From Clostridiales bacterium (lineage in GTDB: Bacteria > Bacillota > Clostridia > Christensenellales > Pumilibacteraceae), in the NCBI GenBank assembly GCA_022508445.1, contig JAFLVG010000007.1, forward strand, positions 1,457 to 65,456: a stretch of 64,000 nucleotides of DNA, read 5' to 3'. This document shows positions 62,921 through 64,000 of this stretch, one piece after another. A model generated the notes under the pieces. That model worked only from the letters and a program-made list of their open reading frames with translations, did not search any database and had not been told where the DNA came from. How positions within the stretch are numbered: the stretch's first letter is position 1; each line of letters begins with the position of its first letter. The position numbers were made by a program, and so were the translations under genes.

Positions 62921-64000
62921 TAACGTTGCGGCTCGTCCGCTTGCTTGCTTTGGAGATCTAACGGTAAAAGACGGGCGTTTGTCCGTCGGCGGATGCTTTG
63001 CGAGCGACCTTGCAAAAGAATACGGCACGCCGCTTTATGTTTTCGACGTAGAGCGCGCCCAAAAAACTGCGAAGGCGTATGTCGATATATTAAAGCGCGA
63101 GTATCCCGATTTTACTGTGTGCTATGCGTCCAAAGCGTTTTGCTGTGCCGGTATATACGAAATTCTTGCACCGCTCGGACTCGGTGCGGATGTGGTGTCT
63201 GGCGGCGAGCTTTACACCGCGCTAAAAGGCGGCATGGATCCGTCTAGGATATATTTTCACGGCAACAACAAGACCGAAAGCGAAATCAAGTATGCTATTT
63301 CGTCGGGCGTCGAATGCTTTGTAGTCGATTCGGTGCGCGAGCTCGAACTGATTTCCGCTCACGCAAAGAAGCCGCAGAACGTGCTTGTTCGCGTCAACCC
63401 CGGCGTCGAAGCGCATACGCACAGATTCATTCAGACAACGACTACCGATAGCAAATTCGGCTTCTCGATAGCGGACGGTACGGCGGAGGAAATAATTCTT
63501 TCAGTATCTAACTACAAAAATGTGCATTTTGTGGGGCTTGCATGCCATATCGGCTCGCAAATATTCGAAAAGCAGTCTTTTGAGATAGCCATAGATAAAA
63601 TGACCGACTTTATAGTCAGACTCAACTCTCTCGGAATCGAAGTCGAAAGGCTCGATCTCGGCGGCGGCTTCGGCATACACTATATAGAAGAGGACAAGCC
63701 GCTTACTCCAGAGCAGTACATGGAAAATTCTGCGCGGTACTTAAAGACCGCAACGCGCGAGCGAAACATCAAGCCGCCGCGCCTTATCGTAGAACCCGGT
63801 CGGTCGATCGTCGGTGAAGCGGGCATTACGCTCTATACCGTCGGCGCCATTAAAACAATTAAAGACGTAAAAACTTACGCGGCGGTTGACGGCGGCATGT
63901 TCGACAATCCGCGCGTATCACTTTACGACGCGCAGTACAGCGCCGTAATCGCAGATAAGGCCGACCGAAAGGGCGAGTGCGAATATTCGATTGCAGGTAA
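62907..64000 (+). CDS. lysA: Diaminopimelate decarboxylase, 3'-truncated by the window edge (not in the ORF track because no stop is reached)
   Basis: Open frame from ATG 62907 to nt 64000. YGTPLYVFD, YASKAF, HTHRFIQTTTTDSKFG, LACHIGSQ, LDLGGGFG, EPGRSIVG, VDGGMFDNPR. Confidence 0.9.
   Translation, partial: MKKNSNVAARPLACFGDLTVKDGRLSVGGCFASDLAKEYGTPLYVFDVERAQKTAKAYVDILKREYPDFTVCYASKAFCCAGIYEILAPLGLGADVVSGGELYTALKGGMDPSRIYFHGNNKTESEIKYAISSGVECFVVDSVRELELISAHAKKPQNVLVRVNPGVEAHTHRFIQTTTTDSKFGFSIADGTAEEIILSVSNYKNVHFVGLACHIGSQIFEKQSFEIAIDKMTDFIVRLNSLGIEVERLDLGGGFGIHYIEEDKPLTPEQYMENSARYLKTATRERNIKPPRLIVEPGRSIVGEAGITLYTVGAIKTIKDVKTYAAVDGGMFDNPRVSLYDAQYSAVIADKADRKGECEYSIAG

Noticed and set aside
62945-63247. 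100-aa + strand ORF near the window end.
   Set aside because: It is out of frame within lysA, whose frame shows all diaminopimelate decarboxylase motifs. Its translation is Arg/Cys-rich nonsense.
1-64000. Looked for tRNA/rRNA genes, CRISPR repeat arrays, IS elements, integrases, phage genes and toxin-antitoxin pairs. Also looked for long direct or inverted repeats flanking any block.
   Set aside because: Intergenic regions are short, with the longest about 320 nt, and none showed cloverleaf-like or repeat-spacer structure. Every ORF over 60 aa that I accept has a housekeeping or sporulation identity, apart from the lipoprotein and a few small proteins. No mobile-element signatures were seen. 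A by-eye scan cannot exclude short dispersed repeats.

Overview
This window is a core chromosomal segment from an endospore-forming Firmicute, with Clostridia-like gene order. I call 72 protein-coding genes, and 69 of them are on the + strand. I found no rRNA, tRNA, CRISPR array, transposase or integrase.

Gene content, in order:
- comM-dprA-topA-trmFO-hslVU-hisS
- glyA, then an Rrf2/cysteine-desulfurase pair
- ruvX and a DUF1292 gene
- rpsB-tsf-pyrH-frr-uppS-cdsA-dxr-rseP-ispG
- rimP-nusA-ylxR-ylxQ-infB-rbfA-nrnA-truB-ribF
- pepP-efp
- the complete spoIIIAA-AH operon
- asp23-nusB-folD-xseAB-ispA-dxs-nadK-recN-spoIVB
- a D-Ala-D-Ala carboxypeptidase, rpe, spoVM, rpmB, yloU-yloV-recG-comEC
- infC-rpmI-rplT, a TrmH-family methylase, yebC, and the 5' part of lysA

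I see no obvious self-contained accessory or defence island. The points worth a second look are architectural:
1. At seven operon heads a -10 element ends 6-7 nt before the start codon with no Shine-Dalgarno sequence. This implies leaderless mRNAs. Two of these have sigma-E-like sporulation promoters.
2. The conserved polC slot between ispG and rimP holds only a 492-aa protein made of an N-terminal domain, an OB fold and a 3'-5' exonuclease. It has no PHP or polymerase domains.
3. The conserved spo0A slot after spoIVB holds only a 90-aa Spo0A C-terminal-like protein with no receiver domain.
4. Two small genes fall below the ORF-track cutoff: a 26-codon spoVM and a 42-codon minus-strand ORF.
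5. Non-canonical or ambiguous starts occur at infC (ATT), rimP (possible ATA) and recG (the annotated GTG lies inside a terminator stem).

All functional calls come from motif and synteny recognition by eye. No database search was run.
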